Shown one piece after another: positions 1 through 9,956 of a DNA stretch of 63,715 bases (its first letter is position 1; the number at the start of each line of letters is the position of its first letter). Source of the DNA: Gammaproteobacteria bacterium (GTDB lineage Bacteria > Pseudomonadota > Gammaproteobacteria > Eutrophobiales > Eutrophobiaceae); the NCBI GenBank assembly GCA_024278135.1, contig JAJRTU010000321.1, positions 1 through 63,715 of the forward strand, written 5' to 3'. The notes under the pieces were generated by a model, which worked only from the letters and a program-made list of their open reading frames with translations, was not told the DNA's origin and made no database searches. Position numbers and translations under genes: made by a program.

Positions 1-695
1 AACTGAATCCCATCTTTTGCCAACAGACTGCATTTGTGCTTGGAAAGCATCACTGTCATTTCTTTTCCGGGAGCCAGCGTGACAGTGACAGCTTCGCCTT
101 TCGGCATACGCTCAAAGTCACTGGCACCGTTGTTGCTGCTGCCTTTTCGATCACTGGCGATGGGCTCAAATATGGTGTTCTCCAGCATCAAGGTCTCTCT
201 GAATTCGTCATGGTCACTTTTGCTGTCTTCCTTGACGGCATCGATGACTGGCTCATTCAACATCCTTTTCTTTTCGGAATAGAGATATTTTATGATTTCC
301 TGTCGGGCTGACAGATATTGCATATATTTGACAAGTGCGACTCGACGAAAGGGATTAAACTCATCTTCTCCTACATTCAGGCCGCTGATGATATCGCGCC
401 AGCCATGATCCTGTGAGAATATGAGCGGATCGAGTTCGCGTATTGCCCGATTGATGCTATTCGTGTCTTCTATGGATTTCGACAAAATGGCAACAAATTT
501 CTTCTCAATTTCCTTTATGGTACGTGCTTCCTTTTGCAACTGCTCAGGCGAAAACTTGACCATTTCAGTAATCTTTGACGAGGGTACGGAGACACGACCC
601 GCAACGGCAAACTCAAAGTCGCTGATCGAGCTGAATTTCAGTGTTAATTCGCCAACCTGGAGTTCGAGAGGTTTGCTGAAAAATTTGTTAAGCAT
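1..695 (-). CDS. Hypothetical protein, 3' end runs off the window (not in ORF track); possibly the N-terminal part of an FHA-type signalling protein
   Basis: Manual translation from ATG at 695 gives MLNKFFSKPLELQVGELTLKFSSISDFEFAVAGRVSVP...FSQDHGWRDII...RRVALVKYMQYLSARQEII...EFRETLMLE...LLAKDGIQ, about 231 codons with no stop before position 1. Confidence 0.8.
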   Translation of the reverse strand, partial: MLNKFFSKPLELQVGELTLKFSSISDFEFAVAGRVSVPSSKITEMVKFSPEQLQKEARTIKEIEKKFVAILSKSIEDTNSINRAIRELDPLIFSQDHGWRDIISGLNVGEDEFNPFRRVALVKYMQYLSARQEIIKYLYSEKKRMLNEPVIDAVKEDSKSDHDEFRETLMLENTIFEPIASDRKGSSNNGASDFERMPKGEAVTVTLAPGKEMTVMLSKHKCSLLAKDGIQ

Positions 696-776
696 GCGTT
701 CACTAACACCTTATAGTCATAAAAGCAGAGTATAAATCCTAAATAACCATTTGATTCATCTAGCAAAAAATACTAG

Positions 777-792
777 TGTGAACTGCGTCACA
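777..792. promoter_or_regulatory. CRP-family operator, perfect TGTGA-N6-TCACA
   Basis: TGTGA actgcg TCACA; a minus-strand -10 box TATACT at 734-729 puts the site centre at about -62, class I activator spacing for the gene starting at 695. Confidence 0.65.
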
Positions 793-960
793 ATTTACCA
801 ATAATCAACAGCAACAGCATTCATGGCGCCATGTTCAACAGAGCTGATGTCGGAACACAATACCGCAAATTATCCCACGAGGGATACGTTTTTAATATTG
901 ATTAAAGAGGAAAGGGTGAAGGAAGAAAATTTAAAATCATTTTTTTTTACTTCTCCAATC

Positions 961-2022
961 TTACTGGCAGGTGAGTGTCGGGGCGCTCGAACGGAGTAAT
1001 TGACGTCGTTGACGGTATGGACATTTTCCAATGATGGCGACACGGGAATAAAAGGTATCGAAATCTTCGCCGGCAACTTTATAAGTACTGAAAAATCGAG
1101 GGACAAGATTTCGGTAGGTAGATACGGCTGCGAGCTTTGCGTTGTTCAGCCCGTGTTTGAACCATTCATCATACTCATCATACCCCCCCCAGTTTGTGCG
1201 CATTAGACTGTAAGCCGCTTGCAGCCCATCAAATATCGTTTTTTTTTGCAGCAGTTTCTGCGAGTCGGGCAGTGACGATTGATAAAGCTGATTGAGTCTG
1301 TCCTGATATGACAGGACCAAATCAACAAACTGGTTTTCACGCGCCAGTTGTTCGGCAAAGTCTCTTCTTTGCTCTACCGAGCCATTTGTCGCCAGCCAGT
1401 ATTCAAGTCCGATCAGGGCGACGGCATCGGCAAACGCCTCGTTAAATTCTGTATCGTCTTTGATGTAAAGTTTCTGATGGGCCAATTCATGAAATATCAA
1501 TCTGGCCAGTTCAATGTCGTTTCTTTCCAGCATGCCCCTGAGTATGGGATCATCAAACCAGCCCAGAGTGGAGTAGGCTGTCACACCGCCGAGATAGGTA
1601 TCAAAGCCGCCGGCCTTGAGAGTTTCCATATACATGAGGGCATCCTCTTTTTTGAAGTAGCCTCGATAGCTGAGGCAACCCACGATTAAAAAACAGGACT
1701 GATGAGGCTGCAGGGACAGCGCGGGTGTTGCGAAAACATTCCAGACAATATATTGACGACCAATGTCAGCATAGCTTCTATAGCTGTCATTTTCAGGCAA
1801 TTTGAGCAGGTCGCTGGCAAAATCTCTGATTTCAGTGATGCGTTGCAGTCGTTCTCCGAGTTCAATCGGTGTATCTGTCGATTGCAGCACTGTCTTCAGG
1901 TCCTGTCGGGCACGAAGTAGTTGCCATTGTCCGGAAATAGACTGTCCATAGTATGATAACGTACTGCATGAGGATAAAGCTGCGCTTAGTACGAGTGTGA
2001 TAATGGCGAATAAAACTTTCAT
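961..2022 (-). CDS. Putative Zn aminopeptidase lipoprotein (DUF2265-like)
   Basis: Lipobox LSSC; AYSTLGWFDDP, LIFHELAHQ (HExxH), FNEAFA and LNNAKL motifs. Confidence 0.85.
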   Translation of the reverse strand: MKVLFAIITLVLSAALSSCSTLSYYGQSISGQWQLLRARQDLKTVLQSTDTPIELGERLQRITEIRDFASDLLKLPENDSYRSYADIGRQYIVWNVFATPALSLQPHQSCFLIVGCLSYRGYFKKEDALMYMETLKAGGFDTYLGGVTAYSTLGWFDDPILRGMLERNDIELARLIFHELAHQKLYIKDDTEFNEAFADAVALIGLEYWLATNGSVEQRRDFAEQLARENQFVDLVLSYQDRLNQLYQSSLPDSQKLLQKKTIFDGLQAAYSLMRTNWGGYDEYDEWFKHGLNNAKLAAVSTYRNLVPRFFSTYKVAGEDFDTFYSRVAIIGKCPYRQRRQLLRSSAPTLTCQ

Positions 2023-2204
2023 GGTGTTATGACATGTCAATTAATAAAATGCCTGGTTCTTAAGGAAAAATAAACTGAAAAACGTTAAAGTATAACGACA
2101 CAGCATACAGCGGTCACAGAGTAAAAACGGAGATATCCTCGTCTGTTCTGTGACGGATCATTTTTTGTTCGACCGGCGAATACACCTTGAATTCCGGAGT
2201 GTCT

Positions 2205-3044
2205 ATGTATCAAACGATTATCGGCGTGGATGAATTGTCAACGAACATAGACCGGCGAGACTGGATAGTGGTTGACTGTCGTTATGATCTTGCCGAACCC
2301 TCTTCGGGTTATCAGTATTACCTGGAATCTCATATTGTCGGTGCCGTGTATGCCGATCTCACTACGGATTTGTCGGGCAGGCCGGTTAGCGATCATGGTC
2401 GTCATCCCCTGCCCACAGCAGTGAAATTGTGCAAGCTGTTCTCGTCCTTTGGCATTGATGCTGGAAAACAGGTGATAATCTATGATGCCTCATCCGGGGC
2501 CATGGGTGCACGAATGTGGTGGCTGCTTCGTTATATGGGGCACGAGGCCGTTGCCGTGCTGGATGGCGGTTGGCAGGCCTGGCAATCCAGGGGTCTGGCA
2601 GTGGAAGCGGGAGAGAGAAAAAATGATCCCGTTGCATTTATCGGTAGTGCCAGGAATGAATGGCTGGTCACGATCGACAAGGTATGTCAGTCACCGTTGT
2701 TGGTGGATGCGCGTGACGCGGCGAGATACAGTGGCGAGGTGGAACCCGTCGATCCCGTGGCCGGGCATATACCCGGCGCCATTAATCATTGCTGGAAGGA
2801 AAATCTGGCGGAAAACGGCCATTTTCTTGATTCTGAGCGTTTACACCAGCAATTCAGCCGGATTTACGCCGACACTGCACCCGAACAGGTGGTATTTTAC
2901 TGTGGTTCAGGGGTAACGGCCTGTCATAACCTGCTGGCAGTGGCTCATGCCGGGTTGCCGGCAGGGAAATTGTATGCGGGCTCGTGGAGTGAATGGTGCA
3001 GGGAGGCCGGCAGGCCGGTTGCGAGAGGCCCGAAACCGCTCTGA
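2205..3044 (+). CDS. sseA: 3-mercaptopyruvate/thiosulfate sulfurtransferase (double rhodanese)
   Basis: GRHPLP, LDGG, GHIPGA, active loop YCGSGVTAC, YAGSWSEW. Confidence 0.9.
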   Translation: MYQTIIGVDELSTNIDRRDWIVVDCRYDLAEPSSGYQYYLESHIVGAVYADLTTDLSGRPVSDHGRHPLPTAVKLCKLFSSFGIDAGKQVIIYDASSGAMGARMWWLLRYMGHEAVAVLDGGWQAWQSRGLAVEAGERKNDPVAFIGSARNEWLVTIDKVCQSPLLVDARDAARYSGEVEPVDPVAGHIPGAINHCWKENLAENGHFLDSERLHQQFSRIYADTAPEQVVFYCGSGVTACHNLLAVAHAGLPAGKLYAGSWSEWCREAGRPVARGPKPL

Positions 3045-3123
3045 GACTCTTTTATCACAAGACGGGGTGCGAAATTGTGCACGAACGCTTTATAATGACC
3101 ATAAATTACAAACCATCTAAAGA

Positions 3124-4968
3124 ATGATGTCATCCAAATTACTTCAGTTGTTTAGTTCGACTATCTTGTTCTGCCTGCTTTTGGCCCCATCCTTTGTACA
3201 ATCAGTTGACCTCGATGAGCTTTACGACAACCCGGATACAGGGGACAGCCTGGACACTGGTGACGGGTTTACCGGGTCTTATGTTTCAGACGAAGATGAA
3301 TCCAGCGCTTTGTCTGATTTGTTGAATGACAGTGATGCGACAGCCGTTGCCAAAGACGTCGTCGTGGTACTGGATAATTCCGGCAGTATGAAAAAAAACG
3401 ATCCGGACTTTCTCGCCACCCAGGCCGTTTCCGAATTTATCAGTAGTCTGGACACACAAACGCGTATCGCCATTATCATCTTTGATCAGGATGTCAGTCT
3501 GGCGGTACCGCTGACACCTCTGTCGCTGGAAACAAGAGAAATTGTGCTCAGCAGCCTGAAAAAGGTGAATTACAAAGGCCTTTTTACAGACAGTCCGGCG
3601 GCGATAGAAAGAGCAATTTACGAGCTCAAGAATAATGGTCGAAAAGATGCGCAAAAATCCATCGTGTTTATGACCGATGGTATCGTCGACACCGGCAAGC
3701 CTGATGTGGATCTGGAGAAAAGCAAGTGGTTGAAGGAAGAACTGGCGGCAGATGCAGCGGATGAATCCATCAAGGTCTTTGGTATCGCGTTCACGGAGGC
3801 AGCAGATTTTCAGTTGATCCAGTCGATTGCGCAGAAAACCGATGGGGAATATTATCGGGCGCTCCAGGCATCCGATCTTAAAAAAGTATTCGAGCAGATT
3901 AATGTCATCCTGGATACACCCCCGGCTCCCGCTCCCGTTGATCAGCCTGAGCCCGCGCCACCGCCGGTGGTACAGGCTGCTCCCGTGGTGCAACAACCTG
4001 TCATTATTGAGGTGCCTGCTCAGTCAACACAATCCATGAGCAAAGAAGAGCGCGTACGTTCAACTATCATGATCGTGGCGGCGGCCATTTTATTTATCAC
4101 CTTATTGGCCATTGTTTATCTTATGTTGCGACGTGGGCGGGATATGTCTGCCGCCTCGAACGAGGCGGTGACAGATGCCTTTATTAATGACACCAATAAT
4201 TACACGGGTTGCAGCCAGTACAAATTAGGGCAGAAGCCGACCATGTTTGGCCGGGTCGCGGGTAAAGATACGGAGCATTTGAATTTTCTGGTAATTCCTG
4301 AATCGACCATCGGTCGACGGCATGCGCTGATTGAGCACAAGGATTACGGTTTCTGGATCAGCGATCAAGGCAGTATTAACGGCACATTTGTCAACGACAA
4401 ATTGATCACCGGTGAAGTCTGTCTGAAACACGGTGATAAAATTCGTTTACATAAGTATGAGTTTGAATTTGTGATGCCGGAAATGGACGATGCGGGCATG
4501 ACTGTTGTCTCCAGTACATCCTTCATCGGTCAGACTGATGATGCGGAGGCGGCAACTGTATTGCAGGGTGCGGAGTCGGCCGCTGCATCGGCAGACGGCA
4601 ATATTGAGCCCGAGTTTGATATTACCGGTGGTGCTGAAGCGGATTTTGAGCTTGATATAGGCGATGAAGAAGATGAGGAAGAAACCATCATCCGGGGTGA
4701 CATCAAAGCGGATGATCCGGTAGAGGAGGATGATTCAGAAGACGAAACCCTGATTCCAGGCAGTTCCGGCCTGCAGGAAGATCAGACAACTGGGAATCCG
4801 GACGCGGTAGTGCCTGGTAACAGCTCTGAAGACGAGACGCTTATGCGAGGTGACTTCGATACGGAAGAAGACGAGGATGTCACCATTCGCAAGGAGCTTG
4901 ATGAGGCCATGGATGATTTTTTTGATATCGGTGCCGACACTGAAGCCAGGGACGGCAACAAGGACTAG
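3124..4968 (+). CDS. Membrane protein: signal peptide, VWA domain, Pro-rich linker, TM helix, FHA domain, acidic Thr-repeat tail
   Basis: MIDAS DNSGS...T...MTDG; PPAPAPVDQPEPAPPP; TM IMIVAAAILFITLLAIVYLML followed by RRGR; FHA motifs FGR...IGRRHA...DQGSINGTFVN...LKHGD. Confidence 0.85.
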   Translation: MMSSKLLQLFSSTILFCLLLAPSFVQSVDLDELYDNPDTGDSLDTGDGFTGSYVSDEDESSALSDLLNDSDATAVAKDVVVVLDNSGSMKKNDPDFLATQAVSEFISSLDTQTRIAIIIFDQDVSLAVPLTPLSLETREIVLSSLKKVNYKGLFTDSPAAIERAIYELKNNGRKDAQKSIVFMTDGIVDTGKPDVDLEKSKWLKEELAADAADESIKVFGIAFTEAADFQLIQSIAQKTDGEYYRALQASDLKKVFEQINVILDTPPAPAPVDQPEPAPPPVVQAAPVVQQPVIIEVPAQSTQSMSKEERVRSTIMIVAAAILFITLLAIVYLMLRRGRDMSAASNEAVTDAFINDTNNYTGCSQYKLGQKPTMFGRVAGKDTEHLNFLVIPESTIGRRHALIEHKDYGFWISDQGSINGTFVNDKLITGEVCLKHGDKIRLHKYEFEFVMPEMDDAGMTVVSSTSFIGQTDDAEAATVLQGAESAAASADGNIEPEFDITGGAEADFELDIGDEEDEEETIIRGDIKADDPVEEDDSEDETLIPGSSGLQEDQTTGNPDAVVPGNSSEDETLMRGDFDTEEDEDVTIRKELDEAMDDFFDIGADTEARDGNKD

Positions 4969-5085
4969 GAGAGAGTCGGACTTTATCTCGCAACAAAAGC
5001 CCGGCCCGGTGGCTTTCCAGCGGCAACAGGGTGCAGCCTGAACCATTGCTCACTTGCCGGCGACTGATTTTCCACAAGTATCCCC

Positions 5086-6063
5086 ATGGATAAACAACGA
5101 CATCTTATCTCCCGGCTGGCGGACGGTCATTTCCATTCCGGGGAATCCCTGGCAAAGGAAATGGGTATCAGCCGGGCGGCAGTCTGGAAACGCATCAAAA
5201 CACTGACGGACTGCGGACTGGATGTCTACTCTGTGCGTGGCAAAGGTTATCGGTTGTCCCGGGTCATTGAGCTACTTGATTCGAACCGGATCTGTGTGGG
5301 CATGAGTGTGGACGCCGTTGCCGGAATCAATGAATTGCAGGTGTTGTCTGTACTCGATTCGACGAATCAATATCTCCATCAGCGGCTGAACGAAGGGTCG
5401 ATCCATGCCGTAGTGGTATTGGCGGAGTTTCAGAAAAAGGGGAAGGGCAGACGGGGTAATGACTGGTTGTCCCCTTATGGCAGTGGACTGTGCCTGTCTC
5501 TTGGCTGGCATTTTCAATCTACACCAGGATCGTATACAGCGCTGTCACTGGCATGTGGCGTGGCGGTATGTCGCAGTTTGCAACGACTGGGTATTGGCGA
5601 AGTGGGTCTGAAATGGCCTAATGACATTATCAACAATGATCGAAAACTTGGTGGTATCCTGCTGGAATCCCGGAGTGAGACGGCAGGATGCAGCGATGTT
5701 GTTATCGGTATTGGTATTAATATTCATTTGCCTGACAGCAGTATCAAGGCTATTCCCCAGCCCGTCATCGATATCAGCAGGATGAGGCAGCATTCCATAT
5801 CGCGCAACGCACTGTGTGGAGTACTTATAGAGGAACTGTTCAATATGCTGGAAGATTATCAGACCCGTGGTTTTACCTCCTGCATTGATGAATGGCGACG
5901 ACTGGATACGCTGAAGGGGAGGGAGGCGGATCTTGTCCTGCCTGATGATACTCTGTCGGGAGAAATTCTGGGTATAGATGAGAATGGCCTGTTATTGATG
6001 CGGGTCGATGGCGATACGCTTCGTTTCAGCAGCGGTGAACTCAGCTTACGGGTCCAGTCGTGA
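5086..6063 (+). CDS. birA: Bifunctional biotin--acetyl-CoA-carboxylase ligase / biotin repressor
   Basis: N-terminal HTH SGESLAKEMGISRAAVWK; DSTN, GKGRRG, KWPND, KLGGIL. Confidence 0.95.
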   Translation: MDKQRHLISRLADGHFHSGESLAKEMGISRAAVWKRIKTLTDCGLDVYSVRGKGYRLSRVIELLDSNRICVGMSVDAVAGINELQVLSVLDSTNQYLHQRLNEGSIHAVVVLAEFQKKGKGRRGNDWLSPYGSGLCLSLGWHFQSTPGSYTALSLACGVAVCRSLQRLGIGEVGLKWPNDIINNDRKLGGILLESRSETAGCSDVVIGIGINIHLPDSSIKAIPQPVIDISRMRQHSISRNALCGVLIEELFNMLEDYQTRGFTSCIDEWRRLDTLKGREADLVLPDDTLSGEILGIDENGLLLMRVDGDTLRFSSGELSLRVQS

Positions 6064-6803
6064 ACCTGCTGGTAGACATCGGCAACAGTCGTGTCAAATG
6101 GGCGCAGCAGTCGGATACCTGCCTGCAATTGCACGGCGCATGTTTTTACAACAAGGACCTTCTGCGTGAATCAATAGCGCCGCACTGGGGCAGTTTGTCC
6201 CGGCCGGAACAGGTCTTGATTGCCAATGTTGCAGGGGACAGAATTGCTAATGAAGTCTCGGCTTATCTGCACAGTAAATGGGGGATCACTCCGACGTTTT
6301 TATCCGTTGCCAGGAAAGCGACTGGAGTCACTAATGCTTATGAGCATATCAGCCAGTTGGGAATAGATCGTTGGCTGGCGATGATTGCGGCGTGGAACCG
6401 CTATCAGTCAGCGCTGTGTATTGTCGATTGTGGCACGGCTCTGACGGTGGATGTGGTGATGGCCTCCGGCCAACATGCGGGTGGATTTATTGTACCGGGA
6501 TTGTCATTAATGAAAGATGTATTAAACAGCCACACGCAGCAGATAAATGCTGTACTCGAGCGCAGCCCTTCACTTGAGCTGGGCTGCACTACCGAAGACT
6601 GTATCAGCAATGGTGCATTGATGGCCGTCACTTCTTTGATTCTGCAGGTATTGGCGAGAGTGTCAGCTGCATACGGAGAAGATTCTCGTTGTATTATGAC
6701 CGGGGGATATGCTGAGGAAATAAAGACCGTACTGGCGGCAGATATTGATTACGATCCCCATTTGGTATTGAATGGCATAGCAATAACGACTGAAAACGTG
6801 TGA
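6060..6803 (+). CDS. coaX: Type III pantothenate kinase
   Basis: LLVDIGNSRVKW, LGIDRW, VDCGTALT, GGFIVPG; overlaps birA by GTGA. Confidence 0.93.
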   Translation: MNLLVDIGNSRVKWAQQSDTCLQLHGACFYNKDLLRESIAPHWGSLSRPEQVLIANVAGDRIANEVSAYLHSKWGITPTFLSVARKATGVTNAYEHISQLGIDRWLAMIAAWNRYQSALCIVDCGTALTVDVVMASGQHAGGFIVPGLSLMKDVLNSHTQQINAVLERSPSLELGCTTEDCISNGALMAVTSLILQVLARVSAAYGEDSRCIMTGGYAEEIKTVLAADIDYDPHLVLNGIAITTENV

Positions 6804-7606
6804 TGAAATGGTTTTTTATATTATTACTGCTGGCTAATGTGATTTACTTTGGCTGGGAACTGGATCGCCAGACCGGCATGGATGTCTCCGCCAAATCGTC
6901 CTTACCTGTTATACCGAGCGGGGCAAAGCGCCTGCAGTTTCTGAATGAGCTTGATACTCCGCCCTTACTGCGTGAGGTGGAGACTGACAGCGCTGTGGAG
7001 AGTGCAACGACTGCAGGCGGTCTGGGGGAATATAGAACGCCTGCAGAGGACAAGATCACCAATGAACTGGTCGATCAGCTTCCGGAATTTGCTTTCACTA
7101 CACAGCAGAACGACTATGGCTCCGGAGCCTGTTTCAGTTTCGGGCCGATGGCAGATGAGATGCAGGCCAGAGCTCTGCTCGACTGGTTTGCCTCTCACGG
7201 TGGCCTGGCCAGGTTGCGCTATACAGATGAACAGGGACGACAACTGTTCTGGGTCTACCTGTCTCCCCAGGAATCGAGAAGGGAGGCCATGGAAACTATC
7301 AGGAGTTTTCGAGATAAGAATATTCGGGATTTTCGTCTGATTGTTAAGGGTAACCTGCAGAATGCCATTTCCATGGGCCTGTTTTCCAGCCAGGCCTCTG
7401 TCAACCAGCGTCTGGGAGAACTCGAAAAAAAGGGGTATAAACCGATTGTTGTGCCATACTCCGACGGTAAACGGGTCTATTGGGTCGATGCCAGGCTGGT
7501 GGCAGACAACGCAATGCAGGATCAGGTGTTTAATGATTATCTGTCCCGATTTTCCTCGGTACCGGTCAGTTGCAACGAAATTGCTATAGGATCGGATTAT
7601 CCATAA
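6803..7606 (+). CDS. SPOR-domain membrane-anchored protein
   Basis: N-terminal TM MKWFFILLLLANVIYFGW; CFSFGP, FWVYLSP, NAISMGLFS; usual position after birA-coaX. Confidence 0.8.
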   Translation: MKWFFILLLLANVIYFGWELDRQTGMDVSAKSSLPVIPSGAKRLQFLNELDTPPLLREVETDSAVESATTAGGLGEYRTPAEDKITNELVDQLPEFAFTTQQNDYGSGACFSFGPMADEMQARALLDWFASHGGLARLRYTDEQGRQLFWVYLSPQESRREAMETIRSFRDKNIRDFRLIVKGNLQNAISMGLFSSQASVNQRLGELEKKGYKPIVVPYSDGKRVYWVDARLVADNAMQDQVFNDYLSRFSSVPVSCNEIAIGSDYP

Positions 7607-7653
7607 AATATGGTCACTTACCGGTTTGTCAATCAGAGACTTGTTATAACGAC

Positions 7654-8730
7654 GTGAATATCAATACAGAGAGTTGCCTGCGGAAATTTGCTCGTGCGTG
7701 CTGCCAGAGCCTGGTGGTGTTGCCAATGTTGATAATGAGTCTGTCGCTGCAGGCAGGGGTACAGACTGACAAGATCCAGTCACTGATCACCGATGGCAAG
7801 CTGAGACAGGCCTTGTCGCTTACCAATAAGCGCTTGCATGAGGATGAGGGCAATGTCACCTTCCGCTTTCTGAAAGGCCTGATCCTGACGCGACTCAATG
7901 AGCTGGATAAGGCACGGGACCTGTTTGTGGAACTAACCCGTGAACATCCCGATCTCCCGGAACCGTACAACAATCTGGCGGTGATTTATGCATCACAGGG
8001 TGATTTCGAGAAAGCTCGGGACGCTTTACAGCAGGCCATCAACACCCATCCCAGTTATGCGACAGCACACGAAAATCTGGGAGATATCTATGCCAAGATG
8101 GCCAGCAAGGCTTACAACCAGGCCCTGCAACTTGATGCCGAGAATACCTCTGCCAAGGCGAAGTTGTCATTGGTCAACGATTTATTCTTTGTGCCAAAGC
8201 ATGAAGTGGCCGCCACGGAGACAATGGCGGAGGCTGAGCCGCCAATAGTGACAGAACCGGTAGTGGCAACTGAGCCGACACCGGCGCCGGTACCGGAAAC
8301 AACATCGCTGCGTTCAGAAAAACAAGATGTGCTGCCGGAGCAGAAGGAGGCAGGAAAGGGGCTGGAAGACCGGAAGCGGGTGCAGGAAAAACTGAAATCA
8401 GCCGTGGCGTCGACCATTGATGAGTGGTCAAAGGCCTGGTCGGCGCAGGATGCTGAAAAATATATCACGTTTTACGGCAAGGATTTCACTCCGCCCAAAA
8501 AACTGTCTCGCGCTGCCTGGGAAGCGCAACGCAAGTTGCGGCTGGCTAAACCCCGTTTTATCAAAATAAAGATATCGAATCTGAAAATCACCATGCTGGG
8601 CGATGACCATGCTCAGGCTAATTTCAGGCAAGGCTATCAGTCCGATACTTACCGGGACGAAGTCAACAAGGCACTGATACTAAAAATGGTCGATAAGCAG
8701 TGGCTGATCACCCAGGAACAATCGAAATAA
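7654..8730 (+). CDS. Exported TPR protein with C-terminal NTF2-like (Csd6/Pgp2 C-terminal type) domain
   Basis: TPR PEPYNNLAVIYA...AHENLGDIY; C-terminal WSKAWSAQD...F(R)QGYQSDTYRD...K...WLITQE; start codon uncertain (7654 GTG or 7726 ATG). Confidence 0.8.
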   Translation: MNINTESCLRKFARACCQSLVVLPMLIMSLSLQAGVQTDKIQSLITDGKLRQALSLTNKRLHEDEGNVTFRFLKGLILTRLNELDKARDLFVELTREHPDLPEPYNNLAVIYASQGDFEKARDALQQAINTHPSYATAHENLGDIYAKMASKAYNQALQLDAENTSAKAKLSLVNDLFFVPKHEVAATETMAEAEPPIVTEPVVATEPTPAPVPETTSLRSEKQDVLPEQKEAGKGLEDRKRVQEKLKSAVASTIDEWSKAWSAQDAEKYITFYGKDFTPPKKLSRAAWEAQRKLRLAKPRFIKIKISNLKITMLGDDHAQANFRQGYQSDTYRDEVNKALILKMVDKQWLITQEQSK

Positions 8731-8747
8731 TCCCCCCTGAAAATGTA

Positions 8748-9956
8748 ATGAGTTTATTCAGATTAATTTGTTTTCTGGTGCTGGTTTTTGCAGGGCCTTC
8801 CGCCAATGCAGGTGCCATGCTCGCCGGCAAGGCGGCAGTGCACAGGCTTGATCATGGGAATGAAACTTTACTGGTCAGCGCACTGGAAAAAATCAGGCAA
8901 GGGGATACCCGGGCGGCCTTGCCCTTGTTGCAACAACTGGTCAGTGTTAATCCAAAGTTCAAACTGGCGCAATTGATGTACGCGGATTTGTAGTTGGCGC
9001 AGAGTCGCCCCATTCAGGACTTTGGCAATATGTCTTCTGCTCCCTATCAACAGATTGTGGCTTTGCGTGAAGAGGCACAGGCACGCTGGCGTCATTACTT
9101 GTCTCCTTCGGCGCAGAACAAGCTGCCTTCGTCATTGGTAAAGCTGAGTGCTGAACAGTTATATGCCATCGTGGTAGACATGAAAACTTCCCGTTTGTAC
9201 CTCTATAAAAATCATAAGGGTGAACCACGTCTGCTGGAGGATTTTTACGTCACCATAGGCAAAAACGGTGGTGGCAAGTATATTGAAGGGGATCAAAAAA
9301 CGCCGGTGGGCGTCTATTTTATTACTGGTTTTATCAAACCGGAGGAATTGCCGGATCTTTACGGTGATGGCGCCTTTCCCATTGATTATCCCAATGCCTG
9401 GGATCAGCGCCAGGGACGCACCGGTTATGGTATCTGGTTACACGGTACGCCCAGCACCACGTTCAGTCGGCCGCCGCGTGACAGCAATGGTTGCGTAATA
9501 GTAAGCAACAGGGATTTGAATACGATAGCGCCCTATATGCAGACCAGTAAAACGCCCGTGATCCTGGCAGACAGCATCAACTGGATTTCCATCGACGAAT
9601 GGAAAACACGACAGTCGCAGTTTGACAGTTATGTCGAGCAATGGCGGCGGGACTGGGAAAGCCGTGATGCCGACCTCTATCTGAGTCATTATTCGCGCCA
9701 ATACTCCGGTCTGGGAAAGGACTATGAGAGTTGGGCGGCTTACAAGCGTCGTGTCAATCCCGCCAAACGTTTTATCAAGGTTGATATCTCCGAGCAGAGC
9801 ATGTTCCTTTATCCAGGTGAAGAAGCCTTGCTGGTCGTCACTTTTGCACAGGATTATGTCAGCGATAACATCAAAAGACGTTTTATCAAACGGCAGTACT
9901 GGCAGAAGGACAAAGACGGGCAGTGGCGCATTGTCTATGAAGGGTCGGTATCCTGA
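8748..9956 (+). pseudogene. L,D-transpeptidase/carboxypeptidase (YkuD plus NTF2-like, Csd6/Pgp2-like) interrupted by in-frame TAG at 8991-8993
   Basis: Signal peptide and ...AQLMYADL*LAQSRP continue in the same frame; GDQKTPVGVY, DYPN, GIWLHGT...SNGC catalytic motif; C-terminal WRRDWES...WRIVYEG. Could be a sequencing error. Confidence 0.75.
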
